Source of the DNA: Chrysomallon squamiferum
Lineage: Eukaryota; Animalia; Mollusca
Direction: 5' to 3'
Assembly (NCBI GenBank): GCA_012295275.1
Contig: CM022676.1
Coordinates: forward strand, 13,764,001-13,828,000
DNA: 64,000 nucleotides
Numbering within the stretch: position 1 is the stretch's first letter; the number at the start of each line of letters is the position of its first letter. Positions 1-12,788 of this stretch are shown piece by piece. Both the position numbers and the translations under genes were made by a program. Below the pieces are notes generated by a model, which had not been told where the DNA came from, searched no databases, and worked only from the letters and a program-made list of their open reading frames with translations.

Positions 1-747
1 GACTTATACATAGGTAATGCTTTTGTAGCTGTTGCTGAAGAGTCGCCATTTTGACTATTTTTTGCTACGGGATGCATCTAAAATAATCGCGGTCTTTCAG
101 CTTTTCAAAAATATAATTTTATCGTATAAAAAAATTTGAAAAATTAAATAATAAAACCAAATATGAATATAAAACATGATATTCTTCCGTTTAATGACAT
201 AAAAATACATTTTAAAGCGAGAAAACCGTCAGTACGGCGTTGTGCCTTACGGCGTCTTGCAATGATCTAGGAATGCAGACTTCTCTGCCAAATTGCACTA
301 AATATCGGTCCTAATTTCATAAACAAAACTCACTTGTTTAATTGTAAATAATTTGGCGAAATAATATTGCAATCGTCATTAATATCCACTACCGACAAAT
401 TTTGTAAATCATAGAACGGCTAAATATAACGGTAAGTTAGGTCTCCATGTTAGACCTATTACATTAAAGAGATACTATTTATGATACATTTAGGCTATAG
501 CTCGTGCAATACATGCATTTACATTATTATGGTATGTTCGTGCAAGTTACAGCTCGTGCAAGTTATGTTACAGTAGGCGTACAATGTAGGCCTTCATGGC
601 ACTGTCACACTGGTCTAAAAATAGTGACGGTGCCTGGAATCTACAGTCGACTTATACACAAGTAATACCTAAAATGACGCAATTTTTGGTCTTAAAATAC
701 ATATCGACTTATACATAAGGTCGCCTTGTACACAAGTATATACGGTA
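1..747. mobile_element. Right end of a non-autonomous Tc2/pogo-like DNA transposon (left end outside window)
   Basis: Ends in ...gtcgccttgtacacaagtatatacgg followed by TA. Subterminal repeats gacttataca at 1, ~649 and ~706. Resembles CCGTATA-type Tc2/pogo TIRs (from memory). Confidence 0.55.
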
Positions 748-2105
748 ACCGGAATAAAAACTTAAAATGACTTAATACATATATTTCTCCGTTGTTTTTC
801 TTTTGAATTTTTCCTTTTGCTGTTCTAAAATAATTTTTTATTTTTCAGCAGAAAGAAAGAAGAAGAAGAAAAAATAAATGTAAATGCTTGTCTGTTCAAA
901 AACTAGTCTGAACTGTAGGCAGAACTGTGCAAAATATAATCAAATTCTGTCGCGAACCAATTCTGTAGCCAAAATCATCTGTTGACTTTATTATTATTAT
1001 TATTATTATTATTTTTTTTTTATTTGTCACATACATTTAGTAAATCGGCTCAGGCATCGTTCACTATCTATGTGGGCCCTGTTATTCATACATACGTTAT
1101 TTTGTATCAAGCATAGCAGCCCAGTGTTTTCTATAAAATGTTATTGATTAAACTGAGTTGTTACGGCGTTCCATCAGTAATATCTTTATGAATCGAACTA
1201 ATTTGCCCCAGTATGTGCCTTCGTTTTGCGTACGCTGTGGCCTAGTTTTGTATTTCTTCGTCTGTCCAGACTACCACGATGAACTGGCATTGCCTATTAC
1301 TATTAGTGCTGCAGTTAGCTTTTTAATTAACTTCTTGTTTCTAGGCTGACATCCCTGATCTGCCTGCAGAAACGTTTGAACTTGATCTGCTGATGATTTT
1401 TTTAATAAAGGAATACTGAGACAAAATGTTTTACTGTTAGAAAAAAATGGTACATTCTCATGCTCCAGTATACTGCAGACTTTTTAATACCTACACTGGG
1501 AAAGAAAAAGAGAGAGAGAAAAAAATAAAAATAAAAATATAAACACAAATAAATGAATAAATAAATAAATAATATTAAAAAAAGAGACTAATTCTACAGT
1601 TATTCTACAAAATAAAAAGTCATCAGTTACACTTTTATTATACATAATGATAATCCAAGGTCAATAATAATAAAAAAAAAAATGATTTTCCATATGACAA
1701 GATGGATAACGTTGTTTGAAACTGGCGAATTGTTTCGTGCTATTTGCTATTCACTGGGAAATGGAAAAATTAAACGTGTTAATCAGAGCGAGCTTTCTGA
1801 CAGGTCCGAGGGCGTGTCCGTCGCAGATGGATGGATGGAAAACTCTTTTTACGTGCCCACGTCCAATTCAAGGTTCGGGCACGCCTATCACGGATCCGAT
1901 CTCTGGGATCGCCAGGGATGGGTTCCGGGACAGGAGAGGGGAAGGGAAAAGGGGGAAAAGGAATGGGAAGGGAAGGGTGCAGGTGCATTTGAAGTGGGCA
2001 ATTTGGAATAAACCTTTGAGTAGTTTTTAATTACTAATATCCAAAAGGGTGCAGTAGAGATACATATATACAGACCCATACACACACATACATGCACACA
2101 TATGT

Positions 2106-2208
<103 letters not shown>

Positions 2209-2471
2209 TTGGGCACTGTTTAAGGGGTTTTATTTATTTATATTTATTTATTTATTTATTTACTTAGTTTCTACTATTATTTAAAAAAAAAAAAAAGCTC
2301 GTCGTGACATCGTGTCGGGCATCTTTTGCTTTTTGTTGTTGTTAGCGTCGCGTTGTAGTAAGTTCTTGGAGTTGTTTGGCCGCAAATCTGTCGAGGGGAG
2401 GTTATCAGTTGGTTCTGGGGTTCGATAGAGATGTGTTTATTTTATGTAGTGTTTTGTGAAATTGTCTGTGT

Positions 2472-5400
2472 TTATATTTTGACTTTTGTTGCTTCCACGA
2501 ATCGCATTATCAGGTTGTCTACTTGTTTTTTGAAAATGTCAGCTGGAGTAAATCTGACTTTGATGTTTGTTAAAGCTGTGTTTAGTTTGCGTCTGTCCTT
2601 GTCGGATTTGGTGACGTTGTCCAGTTTATGGCATGTGCCGCACTTGTTGCTCACAGTGTTGTCGAGTCTATGTCTACTGTCGTTTAGTCCGAAGGTCACT
2701 CCCACTCTGAGACGGGTTAAAGTTTGAGTTGTTTTGTTGTTGTCTGAGAGTGGGCTGGGCGAGTTTACTTTTGGTTTAATTATGTAGTGCCATAGTCTAG
2801 TTTTGTTGTCCCAGTCTTGTTGCCACGATTCTATCAGCTTATTGTGCGCTATGGTCATGATTTCGTTCACGTTGTACTTAGAGTCAAAGTCGATCGTGTC
2901 GTCTTCAAGCGAGTGTTTAGCGTTTTTGTCTGCCAGCTCGTTTCCAGTAACACCCACGTGGGCGGGTACCCACTCGAAGGTGACCTTGTGTCCTCTGTAG
3001 GTGATACAGTTTGTGAGTTCGATAATCTGTCTAATGTACTGGGAGCTGCTGAATTTGAGTTTCTGCAGAGCTTGCAATGAGCTGAGGGAGTCAGTCAGTA
3101 TGAGGTATTTCTTTTTTGTGCTGTTGACGTAAGTTTGAGTTAAGACCCATTTAAGTGCCGAGAGAATAGCTATTAGTTCCGTAGTGAAGACGGATAGGTT
3201 GTTGGTCAGTCTACCTTTGTAGTTGAAGGGTACGTCGGGTAGTTCCGGCCTGACATGAAAGGCCATGCCGGTTCTTCCCGTGAGAGGGTCTTTGGAGCCG
3301 TCCGTGTATATTTGTACGAAGTCCGAGTAGTGGTCGCTTAGTGCTGCTCTAAAAATTACCTTTTTAAATGGGTCGTGTTCCGTCTTCGATACTTCCTGTC
3401 TAAGCGTTAGAGGTATGTCTAGTTGTTTCATTGTCCATGGGGGTTCTAAGGGTGAAGGGTTGTTTTCAAGTTCTAGGTCCAGTAGGTTTAGTCTTTTTGC
3501 TGTCCTGTGTGTGTCGTTGAGTGATGCTTCTCTGTCGTTGATGTAGGGTAGGCTGTTTGGGATTATTGTGTTTATAGGATGGGTGGGGATGAGATTTTTG
3601 ATTTTGAACCAGTGTTTGAGACACTGTGTGCTGCGTCGGATTCGCAGCGGTAGCATGTTCAGTTCCACAAACAGACTGTCCGTCGGTGTGCCTGGGAATA
3701 CCCTGGCAACAATTCTGAGTGCCTTGTTGTATACCGTGTCCAGTCGGTTTAGTTGGTATTCAGACACCGCTGAACGCCTGGGACCCATACTGGAGTCTTG
3801 ACACTACTAGTGCTTCGAACACCATCAAGATAAATTTTCTGTCAGCTCCCCATTTGGCGTTCGAAAGCACTTTCAGTAGGTTGATGTATTTTGTGCACGT
3901 GTTGATTGTGTTGATGATGTGTTGTTTGAAGGTAAGGCACCTGTCGAAGGTGACTCCCAGGAATTTGACTGCGTTTACTTGTGGGATTTTTGTGTTGTTG
4001 TAATGTAGGTCTATTTTATTGTGTTTACTGTTGGCTTTTCTCCCAAAGGTTATGGTGACAGTCTTGGATTGGGAGATAGTGACTCCCCAGGTTTCCGCCC
4101 AATTTTGTAAGTTATTTAAGTCTTTTTGCATATCTGTTTCGATTTGTTTAAGACAGTTTTCAGCACGCCAAAAGGCTGTATCATCCGCAAATAGTCCTAT
4201 ACTAAGCTTAGTTGCGGTTTTCGAGTTAGTGGCTAGTTTATGTGCTAGGTCATTAATAAAAATGCTAAAAAGAGTAGGGGCGATAACTGAACCCTGGGGG
4301 ATCCCATTCTCCAAATCCAAGCTGTCTGAGAAGTTTTCGTCTACATTGACCGTAAAGGATCTATTCTGCAAGAACGCTTCTATAAAGCCGAACATAGGGC
4401 CTCTTATGCCCATATTGTAGACTTTGATTAGAAGACCATGTCTCCAGACCATATCATAGGCTTTTTCTATGTCAACAAACACTCCTACCACTTTTTGTCC
4501 AGTAAACAAAGATTTGATATTTCAGTCTGTGTTATGTGGTCGCTTGTGGAGTGGTTCTTTCTGAAGCCACTTTGAAAGGTCGAAATTAGTTGGTTTTTCT
4601 CCAGAAAATGTGTTAGGCGTTTGTTGACCATAGCCTCCATGGTTTTGCAGACACAGGACGTTAGTGAGATAGGACGATAGTTGGAGGGGTTGGAAAGGTC
4701 CTTGCCCTGTTTTGGAAGGCTGAAGACTTCAGCATGCTTCCATTTGAGGAGAAGGTATCCTTCCTTCCAGATAGTGTTATAGAGTTCCAGAAATAGATTT
4801 AGCATGTCTGTGGGCATGTTTTGAAAGAACAGGTAGGAGAATTTGTCTGGCCCGGGGGCCGTTCCTTTACGGTCGGAGAAGGCCGCTGTCATTTCTGGGA
4901 GTGTGAAGGGAATATTGTATTTCGTTCCTGAGGTTTTTGAGTCAGGTGGGATTTTGTTGACTGTTTCTAATTTATTTTTAATTTTTCGAAATTTGGGGGT
5001 AAAGTTGTTTGTACTCGAGTTGTGTTTAAAGACATCTCCCAGAGCAGCGGCCTTCTCTTTGTTTGTATGGAGGTTTTTGTTGCGGACTAGTAGTGTGTTC
5101 TTGCTAATTGGTTTGCCCTTTATGCGTTTGATTTTGGCCCAAATTTCCTTACTAGATGTCTTGATGTTGATAGATGTGCAGAAGGTTTTCCACGATTCTT
5201 TTTTTGCATGTAGCACGGCTTGTGAGACTTTGTGTTTACTGATTTTGAGGTTTGCGAGGTTGGTTGCTGAGTTATTTTTTTGGTATGTTTTGCGATGTTT
5301 GTTGCGTGCCTTTGTAAGGAGTTTTAGTTCTTCACTCCACCAAGGGACTGAATTATTTTTGTATTTATAATTAGAAATTGGAATAGTTTTATAGGCAATG

Positions 5401-5906
5401 CTAATTATTCTGTCAGTTAAATTTTGGTTAAAAGTGTCGATATTATTGCTTCGAATCAGTTTGGGATCTGTTTCCAGACATTGTTTTTTAAATTCAGTCC
5501 AGTTGGCTTTCGTGAAGTTCCATTTGTGTTTGTTTATTGGTACCTCTTTCCAGTTATTTTGTGTGTTGTATGAGATGAGTATTGGTAGGTGATCGCTGTT
5601 GAGGTTGTTGAGGACTGTCCATTCACATTTAGAGGCTATTTTTTCAGACACTGTTGAGATATCAATGCATGACCAGGTGTTGTATATGTCTGATAGGAAG
5701 GTTGGCGTGCCATCGTTCAGACATATGTGTTTGTTAAGATCCATACATTTTTCGACGATGATTCCCTGTTTGCCTGTACTAGAGGAACCCCATAGGTGGT
5801 TTCTGCTGTTGAAGTCCCCTAGTATGATGGAGTTGTCGATATATTTAGCGGGAATGCTTTTAGTGTAGTGTTCGAGTGTTATGTTGCATTGATTTTTGCC
5901 TGGGTG
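2472..5906 (-). pseudogene. LINE ORF2 (endonuclease-reverse transcriptase-RNase H), frameshifted near 4500 and 3775
   Basis: ORFs 4485-5744, 3760-4509 and 2472-3788 are colinear and overlap in different frames. The first frame stays open upstream to ~5906 (HPGKNQCN...GDFN). Confidence 0.92.
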
Positions 5907-6001
5907 GCGGTCCGTCGCAGAATGTTATTCACAATTCGTAACGCCTTTTATACATTTCCTCTAGGCGATGTTGCATAAGACTGCCTACCCCTTTTGACAA
6001 T

Positions 6002-6085
6002 ATGAACTTTCCCAATCTGCTTCCGGTGAATGCAAACTTTATGAAATGGGACACTAACAACAGAAAATGTGCTCGTAGTGTCAAG
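6002..6085 (+). other. Possible upstream exon (ATG to caag|gtgagg donor)
   Basis: 84 nt, phase 0, good donor, in CpG-containing sequence with a cttccgg motif. No recognisable homology. Confidence 0.25.
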
Positions 6086-6825
6086 GTGAGGTTTTATTTT
6101 AAAATCTTCATAAAAGTAGTGAAATATTTGTATTATTTATTTATTTATTTATTATTTTTGCTTTTATGATCAGCATATTTATAATTCAAATGTATGATAA
6201 GATTTTGTTGTTTCCCTTTCAAGTTTCATAGCATATATTATATATGTCGTATATATATATGTCTCGGCCAATATATATATAAATAAATATTAAAAATAAG
6301 TAAATAAAAGTTTAAAAATTTCATAAAAAGATCGGAAATTTCCCTGTACGTTTGGAAACAATCACACCAGGGTTTTAAACTTTCGGAAACAACAATATTG
6401 CGTTCACTTCATTTTTTTTTTTTTTTTAGTTATTTACACTAATAAACATTATAAAGGTATCAATGGCTGTTCATATTACAAAACCATGATGCAGAGCACC
6501 TCTCCTAATATTTTTACCTTAAAGTTAATTTTTTCAAACTAATAAACTGAAATTATTTTTTTACAATATTAATGTATTAACTTTTCTAGTTGGCAATGTT
6601 CTCCGTGTCAGAACCATCATAAGAGAAAATTCAGGCATACTTTGTACCCATTAAATTGGAGAAATACGGAGCTATTTATTGAACAGAGGCAATTTGTATT
6701 GGTACGAGTTATCGTTCCTGTTGGTCCGTGCTATCTTTACTTTAGTAAACTGAGTTTATTTAATTTGTTATTTAATTTCAGTGACTATTACAATTTACAT
6801 TAACAATAATTAGCAACTACTTCAG

Positions 6826-7339
6826 GATTTGGTGTTTTGCACAAACACACACTTCAGTTATGATTTTTGCCAGTTTTCATCTTTGTACAAAACAGTAACA
6901 GATTCTGGTTACAGGTTTTCTCTGAGTATCAGTAATTTTACTCAAGATGACACTGGAACGTACAAACTGACTGTCTGTAATGAAGTTGGATGTTCTCAGT
7001 TTTCTGTGAACCTAACTGAAGCAGGTCCACCTCTTCCTCCTAAAGAGTTCCAACAAGAAAGAGAATCAACATCAGACACAGTGTTCTTGTCATGGCTACC
7101 CAACTACCCAGGTGGTAATTTCAAACAAAGATTTATACTGCAGTACAAACCACAAAGTGGCTCTAACTGGATTACTTGGAAAAGTAAATGGTTTGATGAC
7201 TCAACACAAGGACAGAAAGTGTTTTATAACATCACCAGTCTCAAAGATAAAACAGTTTATGATGTGAGAATCTCAGCTGAAAACACGAGAACTTCAGATA
7301 ATAGAAGTGATTATGTCACTATTCAAATAATTACAAAAG
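6826..7339 (+). CDS. Exon: C-terminal half of an Ig-like domain plus an FN3 domain of a cell-surface receptor/adhesion protein (copy 1)
   Basis: Ig F-strand motif LSISNFTQDDTGTYKLTVCNEVG. FN3 motifs GPPLPP, LSWLP, FILQYK, ITSLKDKTVYDVRISAEN. Phase-1 donor aaag|gttaac. Acceptor uncertain (6825 or 6873). Confidence 0.8.
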
Positions 7340-7605
7340 GTTAACTAGCATCGTCTATTAATATCATCAATTTCATTTCACTTTATTGATTTATTTTTTA
7401 TTTTATTATTATTTATTTATTTATTTATTGATTAATTAATTTATATAATTTCTTTTTATTTTTGGTAAACTTTTCGGAGCATTCAAAAGAAGGAAAAAAA
7501 AGTAAAACGTATGAAAATGTTTGAAGTTCTTGGATTCTTGGATGTGCATTCAGTGTAATATATGTATATATGAAGTATATAACTATAAACATTAATAATT
7601 AAAAG

Positions 7606-8214
7606 GGGTCATTCCATGTCAAATCACCCCCCACCCAAAACAATTTAAACCCGACCGTCTCAGATAAATCTTGGTATACTTGTTGACTGTGATCCCACAG
7701 CACCAAATCAGAAATATTAGCCCAATCGGATCAGTGGTGTGGGAGATATGGCCAACTGAATTTTGTGTATTTTGGCAAAAATGGGCGTGACCACCAACAT
7801 TAGAACCCTCATATCTCAGGAACTACTGGGCCAATCTTCATAAAATTGTATTGTTGAAAAGGCAATATGATAAGGATTCCAAAGCTGCCATTCTTGTTCA
7901 GTTTGGAAAATACTGGAGTATATTCCTTTTGACCTTTGCTATGACCTTGAAATTGACCGTGTGGATCACGTGATATTGAGATGACCTTTATTGAAATTTA
8001 ATCTCCCACATGTTAACTAAAACATATAAAAGTTTCCTGGGTGTAATATTTTTTGTTTAGCCACAATATAGATTTAAAAAAATGCATATACATGAAAATA
8101 ACACCTTTTCAGCCATTAACATCTGATTAACGAAAATCTGAATGATCAATTCTGGATGCTAGGAATCACCACAGTTGGGTTTAATCCACTGGGTGATTTG
8201 ACATGGAATGACCC
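7606..8214. mobile_element. MITE with perfect 24 bp TIRs and a 4 bp TSD (AAAG), copy 1
   Basis: gggtcattccatgtcaaatcaccc ... gggtgatttgacatggaatgaccc, with aaag on both sides. Confidence 0.9.
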
Positions 8215-8268
8215 AAAGATAAAAAAAATAATAATTTAAAAACTACGCAATAAATAACAATGTTTTTG

Positions 8269-8414
8269 CCAATCCAAGACTGTCACCATAACCTTTGGGA
8301 GAAAAGCCAACAGTAAACACAATAAAATAGACCTACATTACAACAACACAAAAATCCCACAAGTAAACGCAGTCAAATTCCTGGGAGTCACCTTCGACAG
8401 GTGCCTTACCTTCA
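8269..8414 (+). mobile_element. 146 bp internal LINE RT fragment, inverted copy of 3927-4072
   Basis: Reverse complement matches 3927-4072 with no mismatch found by eye. Confidence 0.92.
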
Positions 8415-8742
8415 GAATAAGGAGTGGAAAGCTGACTACTTCATATTTGGTATTCTAATGCTAACTGAATTTGTATATTTTATGATAGAATCTTTTGTTA
8501 GAAATTATTAATTTTCTGAAATTAAGAGATATTTCTTTCTTAATTTATTTCCCTTCTCAAGAGGTGAAGAAGCATTAAAAGTTTCATATTTTTTGTCATA
8601 CTTTTATAATAAGCATCATTTTATTATATCTGTTTTTATTTACTACACATTTAAAAGAACAAAATGTTATTATGTATGTTATTTATCTATTACAGTTTTA
8701 GAAGAACAAAATGTTATTATGTATGTTATTTATCTATTACAG

Positions 8743-8887
8743 CTTCAGAAGAACAGAGTGGTTCTAGTCCTGTGCTTGGTGCAGCTGTAGGAGGAGCTGT
8801 TGGTTCTGTGACTGTCATTGTTGTCATAGTGATGCTGATTTTTGTTACTTAGAAGAGGAATATTACCTGGATTGTCCACTAAAAAAT
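8743..8887 (+). CDS. Transmembrane exon of the Ig-FN3 receptor (copy 1; +1 T frameshift near 8840)
   Basis: tacag| acceptor, SSPVLGAAVGGAVGSVTVIVVIVMLI, t|gtaatt donor. 145 nt here vs 144 nt in copy 2. Confidence 0.75.
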
Positions 8888-9200
8888 GTAATTTTTCAGC
8901 TTGTAAGAAATATATTTATTGAAAACAGGAAAAATTTAAAAAGTGTATGTATTTATTATATTTATTGTCAGTGAACTTGAATAATCAAATAAACAAAGGG
9001 ATGACTTTGAAGTTTATTGTGAATTTCTTTTATTAATTTGACATCACTGACTTGTGACTAGCCCTTTGTTATCATATGGTTTATATTGTGCATCATATTA
9101 GTACAGCTTATGTAGTTGCATAGGATTCATTCTTTCAAATAGTTCATGCCATTCAAATTTAAGTATGTTAAGAAAAATAATGTTTCAGAATAATTATGTC

Positions 9201-10909
9201 GGTTTACTCCCATCTGGTAGAATCCCATTACGTCGAAAGGCTAAATGTGGTTCAGTGGTCTTATTGACATGCATGTCTTTACCTCAGTCATTATAATGAA
9301 CTGTTCCAGATTATTTGGAAAGCGATTATTATTATATAAATACAGTAATATCTCACTTTAACAACCTTTTTTTTTTTTTTAACAAATTATATAAATAGAA
9401 ATTTAATAGTTAATTGCTTGAAATAAATGATATAATGCATGTTTTTAAGTCTGTTTTTGTTCGTGTTTTCGTTCATTCATGAGCTTCTCTCAGTTGTTGA
9501 TCAGCTGACACGTCATACGTGCATGTGATATTCTGATTTTCTTTTCTCTTCTGCTTCGATTTAGACTTAAACTCTTTTGTAATTTACCTTCCAGTATGTC
9601 AAAACGAATAACAGTATACCTGCAAATGCTGATAATAAAAAGAAACAGAAGACAATAACTTTAGAAACAAAATAGATTATCTTAAATGAAACCAAAACCC
9701 ACAAAGATGAACCCACAATGAGCAGCATATCATTATTTCTTAATGTATTTGTATAAATTGATTTGTAAATGATTTAGTGTTTTACTTAATATCTATAATC
9801 TATTAAATCAGTTATGTCTAAACTTCCATTTTATTTCTCCTTATTTCACCTTTTTTATGCCAAATTTCATCAGTGAGAAAGTAACCAGTTTTTAACCATA
9901 ATTCTGTGTAAATTAGTCTCCCGCTTAACAATACCTCACTTAACTATTGGAAATTTGGAACCAATTACATCTTTAATCTTGGCTATTATTGTAGTATGAA
10001 TATCGCTTACCATATAAAGTATGCAAATATGACAAATATCGAAATAATCTATGTATCAAATGTACTGAATGTAAATAATTAAAAAAGAAGGTATTCATCC
10101 AAAAGTATTCCCAATGATTTGGTCCTTCGTATAACTTTTTTTTCAGTCATAGCCAAAGTACTTGCAGGTCATAATATCTTTAGTATACACACTATTAATA
10201 TACTATGTCACATATATGATATGTGCACAATGTGAATATGAATGTGTGCATAACATAAATATGCTGAATAAAATATGTCTTGAACATGTTTAAGCTGAAT
10301 ATGGTTTAATTCGAACAGTTAATGATAAAGTAACATTCATATATTCTATTTACTGAATATAAATTAATTACTCGAATGTAAAATATAATTTTTTTAAATT
10401 ATATTGCTGAATAAAATGAGTTATTTATAATATTTTTGTCGTTTTCTTTTACAGAATTAACAAAAAACATCGTGCCTTTTTTTTTCTTTTCTTTTCTATT
10501 TTTCTTTTTCTTTTTTTTTAATAGATAGATGAAATTGATGTAAAATTGTTTATTATTGGTCAGTTGTTTTGTAATGAAAAGGAAATGTTTATGAATTAGA
10601 AATGACCAGCTTAATTAATAATAATTATAATAATAATAATGTTGATGATGATTAAAATTATGATGATGATAATGAGGAAGAGGAAGATGATGATGATAAT
10701 AATGAACAAGAAAAAAATCTACAACAAAAGTGAATGCTTATTCTGGTTTCGGTTGATGTTACATAACTGATTTTGGAACAATGCGCTCCGTCTCTGAATG
10801 TTAGAAAGAAACCAGGCCAAGTTCATTATATACAGAGGTAATCAGGTATTGCGGTGGTAGATAAGTTTTTTTTCTACGAAATGGGAATTCTACCAGATGG
10901 GAAGACACC
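9201..10909. mobile_element. Old non-autonomous TIR element, copy 1
   Basis: Imperfect ~33 bp inverted ends: ggtttactcccatctggtagaatcccattacgt and acgaaatgggaattctaccagatgggaagacacc. No TSD found. Confidence 0.65.
9343..9991 (+). mobile_element. Nested Tigger/pogo-like deletion derivative, copy 1
   Basis: TA-cagtaatatctcactttaac start, KKKQKTITLETK*IIL remnant at ~9637-9685 (CENP-B-type N-terminus), degenerate ...tattattg-TA end. Confidence 0.55.
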
Positions 10910-11329
10910 CTTTTGTCATACTAAAGTCCTGAAAGCAATGTGTTTGTAACTGAGCATGTTTTCTTTTTTCTTTTGTGTTGACAGCATTATATATTTTTAA
11001 TTTTCTGTTTCAGTGAGCTAATTTTTAAAAAAAAAAATAATTCATTAGTCATTTTCACATAATTCAAAACCACCCACCCAAAACCGAAACATTTTATTTG
11101 ATGTATAATAAAGAAAAATAGTTATAAAACAAAATGTTATTTGGAATAATTTGTGATTGTTTCAATGTTAATATAGGAATTTGTTAGTTTATTAATCTTG
11201 AATCACTGTTTAGAGAAATCCCTTTTTTTATTTTATTTTTTTTATTTTTTATTTATTTATTTATTTATCTTTTTTAGGAAAAAAATATTATTGCTTATAT
11301 TTTTAGTTCTACTAATTTTTACATTTCAG

Positions 11330-11351
11330 CCAAGGGTGCTGAAAATGCTTT
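11330..11351 (+). CDS. Putative 22 nt cytoplasmic micro-exon of the receptor gene (copy 1)
   Basis: tttcag|ccaagggtgctgaaaatgcttt|gtgagt. Open in phase 1 (SKGAENA). Confidence 0.5.
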
Positions 11352-12747
11352 GTGAGTATTTTCCTTATTATTATTATTATTATTATTATTATTAGTAGTA
11401 GTAGTAGTAGTAGTGGTAGTAGTAGTAAAAGGAGATGAAAGGGAAAAAAAAAAAAAGGGAATTCCCCTGTTACTTTGTACTACTGCATTCTCTAGATGAC
11501 TATAATAGACAGTTTTAATGTTTGTATTTCAATAGTGATTATTTATATGCCACTCTAAATTCTTTTTTTCCTTGTGAGAAACATAGTTAAATTTGGTTAT
11601 TTATTTATGCAGCTCACATTGGAACAGTCTTCATTCAGGTATACCAGATATGTTTTTAGTTTTGATTATCATATTTATTAAATATGCTTGGGTCACTTAC
11701 AAGGAAACATTTACATGCAGATAATGTGACAAAAACAGATAGCCTGAATTCTGCCTAACTATCCATTTAAAACCCCAACAAATTCCAGATCTGAAACAAA
11801 ATATTGAACTTGAAAAATGAGAAATGATATTCACAAATTAAAACTGACATACTTTTAATTTGAAACATTCTGATAATTTAAAATTAAATCCTATATTCTG
11901 TACAATACGTTGAGTTGTTACATGAACAAAGAAAATACATAAACTTTGTAGTTTTTACAGAACAAAATTATTTTCTTCTAAAGTAACAAATAAGATGTAA
12001 TAAAAATAACACAAATATTCTATTAATTTTCCAGTACATTTCCAAACCTTAGATGTTCAAATGTTCAAGCCTGCTTTTGTGCCCACCTCTTTAAGAGAAT
12101 ATTCAATCATTTTCATCACAGCACGTTTTGTTATGGTTTAACTGTGTCAGCTGTTTTATTTTTGTAATGTTTAGTAAAGTATGTTATTTTCTTAATTTTT
12201 AATGAAAGGCATGGTTTCAAAATTTTTGGTTTCTGTTTGTGAATTATTAATGGAGATTATTAAACATTTTTTATTTATTGTTTTATATTTTAATTTCGTT
12301 TGTTTCTCTTTTTATTTCATTTGGATACTAATCCAGTATCATGCATTCTTAATATTTTATGTGCTGTGTAAGACAGATTCAGATAAAACATATGTATGTA
12401 TGTATGGAGAGACATAAAGAGAGAAACACACACATATACATAATCACATATGTGTATGTATGTGTGTGTGTTTGGACAGAAATATTGGACATGTACTGGT
12501 ACTAATACAAAATCCATAATTATTGTTAAAGTGATCCAGGATTATTTTCTAATGGATTTCACAAAATTAGAATAAGTGTAGTGAATGAAGACTGATGTGT
12601 GTATGAAAGAATAATGGAAATGGAATCTATTTAAATAAATTTATGCAGTTGCATCTTTTACTTCCTGTGATATGCACATGCATGATTAGTATTGAATGGA
12701 ATGGGATATATATTTACATGCTTTCATATTGTGAAGACATTAAATTC

Positions 12748-12788
<41 letters not shown>

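Noticed and set aside
2431-5868. Plus-strand ORFs over the LINE
   Set aside because: Antisense shadows of ORF2.
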